From: Gemmatimonadaceae bacterium
GTDB lineage: Bacteria > Gemmatimonadota > Gemmatimonadetes > Gemmatimonadales > Gemmatimonadaceae
Direction of reading: 5' to 3'
Assembly (NCBI GenBank): GCA_013817545.1
Contig: JACDCM010000001.1
Span: 1 to 52,422, forward strand
DNA: 52,422 bases
Shown here: positions 8,961-17,838 of the stretch, in pieces
Layout of the letters: every line of letters starts with the position of its first letter
Numbering within the stretch: position 1 is the stretch's first letter
Notes under the pieces: generated by a model
The model's input: only the letters and a program-made list of their open reading frames with translations
Told to the model about the DNA's origin: nothing
Databases searched by the model: none
Translations under genes and position numbers: made by a program

Positions 8961-9703
8961 GTCGTGTTCATGCCAACGACTCGTGCAGTGCGCCCGAAGC
9001 GGAATAACTCCATCACGCCCGCCCACGGCCTGACGCGACTTTCCCGGGGACGCAAGTCGTAACTTACACGGAGCTCTACGGTTTCCACGCGCCTGGCAAA
9101 ACGCGCCACCTTCGTGAGCATCTGCACGTTGGCCGCCCAACCCTCTGCCGTAACGAGTGGTTCCTCCCCACTCTCGCGCAATGCGTCGCGAAGAGAAGAG
9201 ATACGGTAAAGCCGCAAGCTGCTTAGCGGATCAGTCACTCCCTCCACCTTTACGAACATTCGAAGCAGGCGGGGCGCTACCCTGCGCAGTCGGCGCACCG
9301 ATGCAGGGGCGTTTTCAGGCAGCGGACCCTGTTCCGCAACAACGATATCGGCGCCTCCTTCAAAGCGCTTCATCAGTTCGGGAATATGTTCCGGCTGATC
9401 CGTGAAATCTCCCTGCATTACAATCATGCCGTCACGACGTGGATATCGCGTACGGCCGGCGACGGTACGTACCAGGGTGTCGAGCGCGGCACCGTATCCC
9501 TTGCGAGTGTCGTGGCGGACGATCGTGAGCGGCATAACCTCACGATAGCCTTCCAAAGTCTCCAGCGTAGCATCAGTGCTGCCATCATCGACCACCACCA
9601 CCTCGTATTCTCGCGGGAACTGCCCCAGCACTCTCCGGATCCGCCAGATAAGCGGCCCGATCGTCGGGGCTTCGTTGTACACAGGAATGCATATGTAAAG
9701 CAT
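8957..9703 (-). CDS. Family 2 glycosyltransferase (polyprenol-phosphate sugar transferase-like)
   Basis: The N-terminus ICIPVYNEAPTIGPLI ... VVVVDDGSTDATLETL is the classic GT2 signature. Confidence 0.85.
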   Translation of the reverse strand: MLYICIPVYNEAPTIGPLIWRIRRVLGQFPREYEVVVVDDGSTDATLETLEGYREVMPLTIVRHDTRKGYGAALDTLVRTVAGRTRYPRRDGMIVMQGDFTDQPEHIPELMKRFEGGADIVVAEQGPLPENAPASVRRLRRVAPRLLRMFVKVEGVTDPLSSLRLYRISSLRDALRESGEEPLVTAEGWAANVQMLTKVARFARRVETVELRVSYDLRPRESRVRPWAGVMELFRFGRTARVVGMNTT

Positions 9704-9925
9704 TAAGAGCTAATACCGTGTCGAAGGGGAAGCTGTTCCGTTCGGGACTCTGCTAGGTGACGATTGCAAGCGTGTAAGAGTAATAGAAACCGCAATTCAC
9801 AATTCAGAAAGGTGGGGTCGACAATGGCGGCATCAATGGGCTGCTTGTAGACATGCGGACGTGATATTAGCGTCCACGAGTGGTGCAACCAGCTCCCTCT
9901 TTCCAGTCGCAAACCTAATCATCAC

Positions 9926-11497
9926 ATGACTTCCAAACATCGTGCACGCTTCGCATTCGTCGCCGGATGGGGGCTGCTCGTGTCCTGCGCGCAGTCTCCG
10001 CCTTCGGCTTCGGCTCCCGTTCCCGCGAGGTCCGAAACGCCGTCGGATGGCGCCATCTCCGTGGATCAGCTTCGCAGCGATCTCTCGGTTTTCGCTTCCG
10101 ATTCCTTTCTGGGAAGGGAAGCCGGGACGCCCAATTCCGTGCGCGCGGCGCAATTCATAGCGTCGCGTCTTGGAGAACTGGGTCTGGAGCCGGCGGGGGA
10201 CAGTGGCTATCTCCAGAGAGTGCCGCTCGTTCGTGAGACCTTGTCCGCCTCATCGACCTTTCGCGTCACGACACCAAACGGATCCACAGATCTTGTTCTG
10301 TGGAATGATCTCATACCGATTCCGTCGCTGGGACCACAAATTCCCCTTCCCAGCCTCAATGCGGCAGGGGATCTGGTCTTCGCAGGCTACGGCGACGATC
10401 CGTCCAAACTGAATGTCCGCGGCAAGGTCGTGGTGGTGGTGAACGGCGGGCCTGCAACCCTCGACTCACTGCGGCGCGCTGAGGCTGAGGCGGCGGACAA
10501 GATTCCCGAGCGGCTTGGCAAACTCGTTCCACTTGAGCCCGCAGCGATCGTCATTCTTCTTCGGGAATCGCTCTTCCGCGAGTATAGCGCAAGAGCGATG
10601 CAGGCGGCGAACCAGGGCGAACCGACGCCAGCATGGAATGCCTCGGAGACCGCCAAGCGTCCCCTTCCGATGATTCTTCTGGGCGTTGCGCGGGAAGGGT
10701 CTCCACTATTGCCAGGCAATTGGCCCAAGGCAGGTGCAGCTTCCTCGTTAACGGGTCGGCGGTTCAGCGGACGTGCGGTTCTGGAAAGAGCCGATGTGCC
10801 TGCTTACAACGTTGTCGCCATTTTGCGAGGGCGGGACGCCTCGCGCGCTGGAAGCTTCGTCGCGTTTGGAGCGCACCTCGATCACGTTGGAATTCAAAGG
10901 GGCGTAAGCGGCGGCGACTCTATCGCTAATGGAGCCGACGACGATGGTTCGGGAAGCATGGCTTTGCTCGGCGTCGCCCGCTCCCTGGTCAAGCGCGCCG
11001 AAAAACCAAAGCGGTCAACGCTTTTCGTTTGGCACACGGCGGAGGAAAAAGGACTTTGGGGATCGGAATACTTCACGCAACATCCGACAGTGCCAATCGA
11101 CTCAATTGTCGCCCAGCTTAACGCGGACATGATCGGGCGCAACGACCCGGATTCATTGTATCTGGTTGGCCCGAGCGCGGCGCCAAATGGCCAAAGCAGG
11201 CAACTTGGCGCCGTGGCGGACTCGGTGAACGCCAAATTAGCGCGCCCCTTTAAAATCAATCGTGAATGGGACTCGCCCACTCATCCAGAGCAGATCTACT
11301 TCCGTAGTGACCATTACAGCTACGCTCAGCGCGGTATCCCGATCGTCTTTTTCACCTCCGGCCTCCACGCTGACTACCACAAGGTATCGGATGAGGTGTC
11401 GCGAATCGATTTCGGGAAACTGGCCCGGGTAGCGGAGTTCATGATGGAAACGGGAGTCGCCGTGGGTAACATGGATACGCGGGTAGGGAAGCGCTGA
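9926..11497 (+). CDS. M28 family metallopeptidase with PA domain, secreted
   Basis: Signal-like N-terminus. PA-domain segment VRGKVVVVVNGGP. Metal-binding motifs AHLDHVG, DDDGSGSMALLGVARSL, HTAEEKGLWGSEYF and SDHYSYAQRGIPIVFF. Confidence 0.85.
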   Translation: MTSKHRARFAFVAGWGLLVSCAQSPPSASAPVPARSETPSDGAISVDQLRSDLSVFASDSFLGREAGTPNSVRAAQFIASRLGELGLEPAGDSGYLQRVPLVRETLSASSTFRVTTPNGSTDLVLWNDLIPIPSLGPQIPLPSLNAAGDLVFAGYGDDPSKLNVRGKVVVVVNGGPATLDSLRRAEAEAADKIPERLGKLVPLEPAAIVILLRESLFREYSARAMQAANQGEPTPAWNASETAKRPLPMILLGVAREGSPLLPGNWPKAGAASSLTGRRFSGRAVLERADVPAYNVVAILRGRDASRAGSFVAFGAHLDHVGIQRGVSGGDSIANGADDDGSGSMALLGVARSLVKRAEKPKRSTLFVWHTAEEKGLWGSEYFTQHPTVPIDSIVAQLNADMIGRNDPDSLYLVGPSAAPNGQSRQLGAVADSVNAKLARPFKINREWDSPTHPEQIYFRSDHYSYAQRGIPIVFFTSGLHADYHKVSDEVSRIDFGKLARVAEFMMETGVAVGNMDTRVGKR

Positions 11498-11520
11498 AGT
11501 TCAAGACGGAACTGTAGTGC

Positions 11521-11562
11521 GAGTGGCAGTGCCAGTAGCCAGTGGTGGTGGCCTTGCCACTC
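11521..11562. repeat. Hairpin built from GCCAGT units, downstream of the M28 peptidase gene
   Basis: GAGTGGCA (11521-11528) pairs perfectly with TGCCACTC (11555-11562). The interior holds GGCAGT-GCCAGT-AGCCAGT, the reverse complement of the ACTGGC units at 17675-17728. Confidence 0.6.
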
Positions 11563-11774
11563 CCTGGCATGCCATAGACACGCCGTTCCGTGCGTCACCG
11601 GATGTTACGCACACGAAGTTGAATCGGTCAGAAAAGCAGAGGGTGTTGCGTCTCTTTACGAGAGAACTGCAGGTCACTTCAGTTCGCTCGCACCTCGGCG
11701 TGGTTAGTCACCCTGTCTTTACCGCATCCAACTCTGCAACTTCGGTGTACGACTAACGAGAACACGGAGGACCG

Positions 11775-12503
11775 ATGATTCTCGCAAACGTAAGGGCTTC
11801 ACTCAGTCGCAACGATGCGCAACTTGTACTTCAGCTCGTAGGCCGGCGTTCGCGCCTGGATCTCGAGGCAGCCGAAGCCGGCTTGCGCAACGAAGGAATT
11901 GACAGCCTGCTTGATGATCCGCGTCTTCTCGCTGCGCTAATGGAAGCGCAACTCGGCGCGCTGGCATCGCTCCCGCTTTTCTGCTACGTCGTCGTGCGTA
12001 ACGCGCTCAAGAAAGTAGGGGAGCACGATCGCGTGCTGGCGGACTACACTTCCGCGATTCTGCTGCATTTCGGGCTTCGGAATCGCTCAACGCGGATTGG
12101 CACGGCCGACGACGGGCAATACGATACGCTCGCGGCTCTAGTCGACTCCCTGGACGGCCCGGACGCGCAACGCAACTTCCTCGTGCGCGTGCATCTCGGA
12201 AACTACGCACTGTGGGTTAGCGGGATTTTTCCGGACATGATAGAACACCGGCGCTGGCGGCGCGGCGGCCCCAATCTGGACTATTACGAGGAGCTCGGCC
12301 GTCTCGGCTTTCAGCTTGCCGCTGATCACCGTCTCGCACAGGAGCATGGGCTTGCGACGTTGTATCACGAGGCCGCGCGGCGCTTCGCTGCCATGCGGTT
12401 GGCGCTCAATGCAGTAAGTGACTCGCTCTTTTTTCCCAACAACAACTCTCCCGACCGTTTGATGAGGCAAGTTAGGGACGAGGGAAGGTGGCGAGTTAGC
12501 TAG
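11775..12503 (+). CDS. Hypothetical protein (family not recognised)
   Basis: A 242 aa ORF in a gene-dense context. GGAGGA lies 5 nt upstream of the ATG. It overlaps the convergent downstream gene by 4 nt. Confidence 0.5.
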   Translation: MILANVRASLSRNDAQLVLQLVGRRSRLDLEAAEAGLRNEGIDSLLDDPRLLAALMEAQLGALASLPLFCYVVVRNALKKVGEHDRVLADYTSAILLHFGLRNRSTRIGTADDGQYDTLAALVDSLDGPDAQRNFLVRVHLGNYALWVSGIFPDMIEHRRWRRGGPNLDYYEELGRLGFQLAADHRLAQEHGLATLYHEAARRFAAMRLALNAVSDSLFFPNNNSPDRLMRQVRDEGRWRVS

Positions 12504-13288
12504 TTCCTCGCTTTCTCGAGGAGTGCGCCAAAAAGCGATCTGTCCCATCGCTCTGGAGTGAGCGTCAGCTCCTCCGGATGCCATTGCACCGCGAGAGCCC
12601 ACCAGTCATCACCGCTCCACTCAGCGCCTTCGACAAGGCCGTCGGGGGCCCGCGCGACAATGTTCAGCCCCTCGGCGACGCGGTCTAGCGCCTGATGGTG
12701 AAAGGAGTTGACACGAATTAGTGTCTCTCCCAACGCGGCTGCGAGCCGGGAGCCTGGCTCCAGCGCGACATCGTGCACTCGCGCCTGGCGACTCGACTGT
12801 GAGTTGTGGTCCAGCGAGCCTGGCCGCTCGGCCGGAATATCCTGAACGAGCGTTCCGCCCAGCGCTACGTTAACGATCTGGATTCCACGGCATATCGCCA
12901 GCATCGGGAGTTTCCGCGCTCGAGCCGCGAGCACAAGGCCGATCTCAGTGGCGTCGCGAGCCGGGTTGATAGCTCCTAGCTGAGGATGCGCCGCCGCGTA
13001 GTAGCAAGCAGGGTCGACGTCCTCACCGCCGGTTAGTACCAGGGCATCTACCCCATCCAGAATCCTGCGGAATGCCTCTGGGCCGAGCGCAGCAGCACCC
13101 GACAGCGGCGGAAGGATCACAGGTAACGCGCCAGCATGCTCGAGGGCCTCCGTGTAGGCAGCGTTGACTCGAACTCTGAGGGCACCACGGACGACCTCCG
13201 TGGTAGAAGTAAGGGCGATAAGGGGTAGCACGCTGGAATAGTTCGGGTTCGCGGTAGACAGCAGACAATGTGAAGCGGGGTCAATCAC
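12500..13288 (-). CDS. Gamma-glutamyl-gamma-aminobutyrate hydrolase family protein (peptidase C26, class I glutamine amidotransferase)
   Basis: Nucleophile elbow AICRGIQIVNVALGG, plus FHHQA and VQWHPE motifs. Confidence 0.85.
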   Translation of the reverse strand: MIDPASHCLLSTANPNYSSVLPLIALTSTTEVVRGALRVRVNAAYTEALEHAGALPVILPPLSGAAALGPEAFRRILDGVDALVLTGGEDVDPACYYAAAHPQLGAINPARDATEIGLVLAARARKLPMLAICRGIQIVNVALGGTLVQDIPAERPGSLDHNSQSSRQARVHDVALEPGSRLAAALGETLIRVNSFHHQALDRVAEGLNIVARAPDGLVEGAEWSGDDWWALAVQWHPEELTLTPERWDRSLFGALLEKARN

Positions 13289-13441
13289 GCTTGCGTGGCC
13301 GGATTGACGCTCACATTATGCAAGGAGGATACGCGGTCTTCGACACGGACCCGGTAAACTCGGAAGTTGGCGTGCCGCGGCCTCATTTGAAACCTCCTGC
13401 TATCGACGCTTTTCACACGAGTCATTCTCCCTGAAACAGCA

Positions 13442-13606
13442 ATGCCAACCTACGAGTATCAGTGCCGCGAATGCGGAGAAACGTTCTCGCGCCGCGAGAA
13501 CATTGCGGATCATGGGTCAGGCGCTGTTTCATGCCCCAAGTGCCAGTCAGCCAAAGTCGACCAACGTCTGACTGCGTTTTATGCGAGGACTCCCAGAAAG
13601 TCCTAG
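13442..13606 (+). CDS. FmdB-family zinc-ribbon protein (54 aa; absent from the ORF track because it is under 60 aa)
   Basis: My own translation is MPTYEYQCRECGETFSRRENIADHGSGAVSCPKCQSAKVDQRLTAFYARTPRKS. It shows the MPxYEY start and paired CxxC...CxxC characteristic of the family. Confidence 0.7.
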   Translation: MPTYEYQCRECGETFSRRENIADHGSGAVSCPKCQSAKVDQRLTAFYARTPRKS

Positions 13607-13661
13607 TGGACGCTGCTTGCCGCAATCCCCTCCATCGCGTGACAATTCTGACCATATATGA

Positions 13662-14192
13662 ATGTTTGACGAACTGAAGCAATCGCTACGTGAGGCGATG
13701 GGCCGCGTGTCTTCCCCTGAAGAGAATCGCGCGATCGTTGTGCTCATGCGCGACGCCATAGTTGAGGCCAAGATGTCTGCCGCCTCCATGCGAGATGGCA
13801 TTGCCGAGACGCGCAAGAGACTTAGTCTGGAGCGCCAGACATTGGAGACCACGCGACGGCGCGGGCAGTTGGCGGCAGGCATCAATGACGCGGAAACCGC
13901 TCGCATTGCCGTGGAGTATGAATCGAAGCACGCTGAGCGAGTGACGGTTCTGGAACGCAAACTGGCGGCGCAGGAAGAAGAGCTCGCGCTCGCGGAGCGA
14001 GAGATCGGCGGCATGACTCAGCAACTCAAGGCGGCTGGCGCGGGAGTTCCGCCGGCAGGCGCGTCCCCGCGCGTTTCAGAAACCGAAAGCGATGCCGATG
14101 TATCGCAACTCAAGCGCGACATCGACCGCGCCGCTCGTACCGCGCAGGCGGAAGATCAACTCGCTGAGCTCAAGCGCCGGATGAAGAAGTGA
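13662..14192 (+). CDS. Coiled-coil protein, PspA/IM30-like
   Basis: Heptad-rich 176 aa protein. LMRDAIVEAKMSAASMRDGIAETRKRL and the C-terminal QLAELKRRMKK parallel the PspA layout. The resemblance is weak and pattern-level only. Confidence 0.45.
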   Translation: MFDELKQSLREAMGRVSSPEENRAIVVLMRDAIVEAKMSAASMRDGIAETRKRLSLERQTLETTRRRGQLAAGINDAETARIAVEYESKHAERVTVLERKLAAQEEELALAEREIGGMTQQLKAAGAGVPPAGASPRVSETESDADVSQLKRDIDRAARTAQAEDQLAELKRRMKK

Positions 14193-15949
14193 GCATCAAT
14201 CGCGGCTCCTGGATTGAGGGATGCCGGCTCCGAGCGACGAAGATACCCGTCCTGCGGCCGCGTTCGAGAAGCGTCGTGTTCGTCATCGCGCTGAATGCAC
14301 TGTCCGCGCGGGAGACGAACGCCCAGGCGGAAGGTGAAAAGGTCGTTTGCAACGGTCAGATCATCAGTGATATCCAGGTCAACACCCGAGCTCCGTACGA
14401 TCCGAAGAGCAGGAAGTGGTGGACGTTCCCGGTAAGGGTAGCCAACTCACTCCATGCAACAACCGACGAGTCCGTTATCCGCCGGTATCTCATTCTTGAA
14501 CGTGGCATGCAGTGTAGTGAATTTCGGCGCGCGGAATCGGAGCGCATACTGAGAGTTCAACCGTACCTTGCGAGCGCTGAAATCCGAACGATATCCGACG
14601 GCCAGGGCGGAGTAGTTCTTCGCGTTGAGACAGTGGACGAGTTGACGACGATTGTGAGCGCGGGCGCGAGGGGCGCTCACCTTACTGGACTCAGGCTCGG
14701 CGACAGGAATATTGCTGGCAGCGCGACCTCCATTACCGCGCAGTGGCGCCAGAGCGATATACGAGACATATACGCTATCGAGTTTACGGATTATCAGTTT
14801 CTGGGACGCCGCTATATCCTCGATGCCGATATTTCTCGTCGAGAGATCGGGTCACCCAACTGGTCGGCCGACGTGCGGCACCCGTTCTTCACGGACCAGC
14901 AACGCTTTGCCTGGCGTGTAAAGGCTGAGGACACACGGGAGCTGTTTCACTTCCTGCGTGATGGCGAGGTGCCATCGGCGGTGATCGGAATTGAACGGTC
15001 GTTTGTGGACGCGGGCGCGGTGGTTCGCATCGGTCTTCCAGGTCGTCTCAGCCTCTTTGGTATCTCGTTTTCCAGAGAGACCGATGCAGCCGTGGAGCCG
15101 CCGATCGCGGATACCACCGTCAATTACTCAGCGCTTCTAGCGCCCTATAAGCGAAGGAACAACTCTCGAATAAACGCTCTCTGGGCGATACGCAACATTT
15201 ACTTCAGACGCGTGGAGCGTTTCGATGCGCTAAACGCGGCGCAGGATATCCGGCTGGGGTTTCAGGCCGGCACGCTTTTCGGAAGAAGTCTCGCGCTCGG
15301 CGGCGCCACGGATGACGACATACTTGTCGCGGCGGACATCTACGGCGGTCTCGGGGGCGAGCGCACTTTCGTGCGAATGAATGTTCGCGGGGAGGGACAC
15401 CAGAATTACGACAATAACGAATGGGATGGAATTCTGGGCAGTGGTAATCTGGCGGCCTATCGACGCCTGGGCGACAAGCACACCGTCAAGCTGAATGTTG
15501 ACTGGAGCGGTGGCTGGAAGCAGCGGACGCCATTTCAACTTTCGCTGGGCGACAGCCGTGGGGGAGTGCGAGGGTATCGCAGGTCGCGCGCTGGGGGCGG
15601 GCGACGTGCCGTGTTGCGGTTGGAGGAACGTTGGTACGTTGGCGACTTTCGCGAGCAGGCAGGTTTGGGACTCGCCTTTTTCGCCGATGCGGGCCGGCTG
15701 TGGGCAGGCGACGTACCTTATGGCGTCGACACACCGGTCAAGCTCGGCGTTGGGCTGGGACTTCTTGCGGCTGTGCCGAAGGGCTCGAAGCGAACGTGGC
15801 GGCTCGACGTCGCCTTCCCCGTTAGTGCCGATGGAAAGGCCAAGTGGGAATTCCGATTGTCCAGCGTGAACGCGAACCGTGTAGAGTGGCGCGAGCCGCA
15901 GGATCTTGCCCGAAGCCGTGAACGAGCGGTTCCAAACAACGCGTTCTAG
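14189..15949 (+). CDS. Omp85/BamA-superfamily outer-membrane beta-barrel protein with one POTRA-like domain
   Basis: POTRA-like segment IISDIQVNTRA...VIRRYLILERG...VLRVETVDE. The rest shows beta-barrel-like alternating sequence with a terminal aromatic residue (..NNAF). It overlaps the upstream gene by 4 nt. The exact start is uncertain. Confidence 0.6.
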   Translation: MSINRGSWIEGCRLRATKIPVLRPRSRSVVFVIALNALSARETNAQAEGEKVVCNGQIISDIQVNTRAPYDPKSRKWWTFPVRVANSLHATTDESVIRRYLILERGMQCSEFRRAESERILRVQPYLASAEIRTISDGQGGVVLRVETVDELTTIVSAGARGAHLTGLRLGDRNIAGSATSITAQWRQSDIRDIYAIEFTDYQFLGRRYILDADISRREIGSPNWSADVRHPFFTDQQRFAWRVKAEDTRELFHFLRDGEVPSAVIGIERSFVDAGAVVRIGLPGRLSLFGISFSRETDAAVEPPIADTTVNYSALLAPYKRRNNSRINALWAIRNIYFRRVERFDALNAAQDIRLGFQAGTLFGRSLALGGATDDDILVAADIYGGLGGERTFVRMNVRGEGHQNYDNNEWDGILGSGNLAAYRRLGDKHTVKLNVDWSGGWKQRTPFQLSLGDSRGGVRGYRRSRAGGGRRAVLRLEERWYVGDFREQAGLGLAFFADAGRLWAGDVPYGVDTPVKLGVGLGLLAAVPKGSKRTWRLDVAFPVSADGKAKWEFRLSSVNANRVEWREPQDLARSRERAVPNNAF

Positions 15950-15954
15950 ATAGC

Positions 15955-16015
15955 GAGTGGGGGTTGGGGGATGGGGAGTGCGTTCTACTCCCCATTCCCG
16001 ATCCCCGCAGTCCCC
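15955..16015. repeat. G-tract/C-tract inverted repeat (hairpin) between convergent genes
   Basis: GAGTGGGGGTTGGGGGATGGGGAGTG (15955-15980), a 6-nt spacer, then ACTCCCCATTCCCGATCCCCGCAGTCCCC (15987-16015). GGGGAG pairs with CTCCCC around a 9-nt loop. Confidence 0.8.
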
Positions 16016-16018
16016 GAT

Positions 16019-17623
16019 TCACGTCTGTGCGGGCCGGTCCGTGCCCACCATCATGCGGCGGATAGGTATGATGAGGGCAGCGAGTACGGCGGCAGCAACG
16101 ACGAGCGCAATCGTCGTCCAGGTGAACAGCTTCGGCATTTGTTGAAGATTGTTGGGATCGACATGCCCACCGACGAGGCCCCCAACAAGGTTGCCTAGCG
16201 CCGAAGCGAGGAACCAGATCCCCATCATCTGCCCAACGTACTTTCTTGGCGAAAGTTTGGTCATTGACGAGAGGCCAACCGGACTCAGGGATAGCTCGCC
16301 AAGCGTCTGGAAGAAATAACTCCCGACCAGCCACCAGGGAGAAACCTTCAGCGTGCCGCCGCTCGATACGACGGCGTTCGCAGCGTAGATCATGATGAAA
16401 AAACCAACGCCCGCGAGCAGGAGGCCGACAGAAAACTTTGCGGGGCTCGAGAGGTCGCCCCCCCGCCTCGCCAGTCCAACCCAGATAGCGGCGAAGACGG
16501 GAGCGAACAAAATGATGAATGCCGAATTGATCGACTGAAACCATGTGGCCGGAACCTCAAAGCCTCCCATCTGCCGATCCGTGAAATCCCGCGCGAACAA
16601 ATTGAGCGAAGTCGGCGCCTGCTCGAAGGCTGACCAGAAGATTATCGCAAAGAGGAAGAGAATGAGGATAACTCCCACCCGCTTCTTCTCATCGCGGTCG
16701 AGCCCGCCAGCCGAAAAAACGAAGAGAAAAAAGGCGACCGCCATCGCGAGCATAACGCCCGCCATGTATCTCCCGATCACCTGCGCTTGGATTGTTATCG
16801 TTCCAGTCGCGGTCAGAACAACCACGAGCGCCAGGATTGCCAGACCGGCTCCCACCACAGTCTTGACGGTGCGTACCTGGCGGTCCTGGGTCGCAGGGTC
16901 GGCGTGCCGCGTCGGCGCCATTCCGATATCACCGAGCGTGGCACGCGCGCGCATGCTGAATATCGCGAGTCCAAATAGCATCCCAACGCCCGCCGCGCCG
17001 AAACCAAAGTGCCAGCCCACCTGCTCTCCGAGGTAACCCGTGATGAGCTGTCCGGCGAAAGCCCCGATGTTGATTCCCATGTAGAAGATGGAGAAGCCGG
17101 CGTCTCTACGAGCGCCGCCTTCGGGGTACAGGTCTCCCACAATCGCCGAGATGTTGGGCTTCAGCAGGCCGGTTCCAAGGACGATCAGTATCAGTCCGAG
17201 GAAGAAGGGCACCTTACCACCAGCGAATGCCGAGAGACCGATCGAGATGTGTCCAGCCGAGATCAGTACGGCGCCGAACATGATGGCGCGGCGCAGGCCC
17301 AGCAGGCGATCCGCCACCCAGCCGCCTGGAAGCGAAGCGAGATAGACGCAGGCCCCGTAGATGCCCACGATCGCTGACGCCTCGCCCGTGTCGAAGCCGA
17401 AGCCACCGTCCAGGAGCGCAGCAGACATGAAGAGAACGAGCAGCGGACGCAGCCCATAGTAGGAAAACCGCTCCCACATTTCAGTAAAGAAGAGAGTCGA
17501 AAGCCCCCGCGGATGACCGAAAAAGCTGCGGTCAGCTGAAGGTGTAGGTGTGTCGGTAGCTGTCGACGCGATATTGGCTGCTAGCTGACGGTCGGGCTGC
17601 TCGCGATTGTTGGCCACAGACAT
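16019..17623 (-). CDS. POT/PTR2 family di-/tripeptide:proton symporter (MFS)
   Basis: Signature FGHPRGLSTLFFTEMWERFSYYGLRPLLVLFM, followed by multiple TM segments. Confidence 0.92.
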   Translation of the reverse strand: MSVANNREQPDRQLAANIASTATDTPTPSADRSFFGHPRGLSTLFFTEMWERFSYYGLRPLLVLFMSAALLDGGFGFDTGEASAIVGIYGACVYLASLPGGWVADRLLGLRRAIMFGAVLISAGHISIGLSAFAGGKVPFFLGLILIVLGTGLLKPNISAIVGDLYPEGGARRDAGFSIFYMGINIGAFAGQLITGYLGEQVGWHFGFGAAGVGMLFGLAIFSMRARATLGDIGMAPTRHADPATQDRQVRTVKTVVGAGLAILALVVVLTATGTITIQAQVIGRYMAGVMLAMAVAFFLFVFSAGGLDRDEKKRVGVILILFLFAIIFWSAFEQAPTSLNLFARDFTDRQMGGFEVPATWFQSINSAFIILFAPVFAAIWVGLARRGGDLSSPAKFSVGLLLAGVGFFIMIYAANAVVSSGGTLKVSPWWLVGSYFFQTLGELSLSPVGLSSMTKLSPRKYVGQMMGIWFLASALGNLVGGLVGGHVDPNNLQQMPKLFTWTTIALVVAAAVLAALIIPIRRMMVGTDRPAQT

Positions 17624-17674
17624 TCTCGAAGGTGTGATTTTCTACTGGCGGACAGTCCGATCACTGATCACTAG

Positions 17675-17728
17675 GACTGGCACTGGCACTGGCGACTGAG
17701 ACTGGCGCTGGCGACTGAGACTGGCACT
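17675..17728. repeat. ACTGGC-based microsatellite-like tandem repeat
   Basis: GACTGGCACTGGCACTGGCGACTGAGACTGGCGCTGGCGACTGAGACTGGCAC. GGCGACTGAGACTGGC occurs twice (17691-17706 and 17710-17725). Confidence 0.85.
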
Positions 17729-17838
17729 AACCCGCCAAACTCAGGCAATGCCATGACCGTTTCAATTTTCAGTATGAGTGCCGGGTCCTGTCAGACTCTG
17801 ACTTATCAACAAGAATGAGCAAAATCAAGATGGCACGC

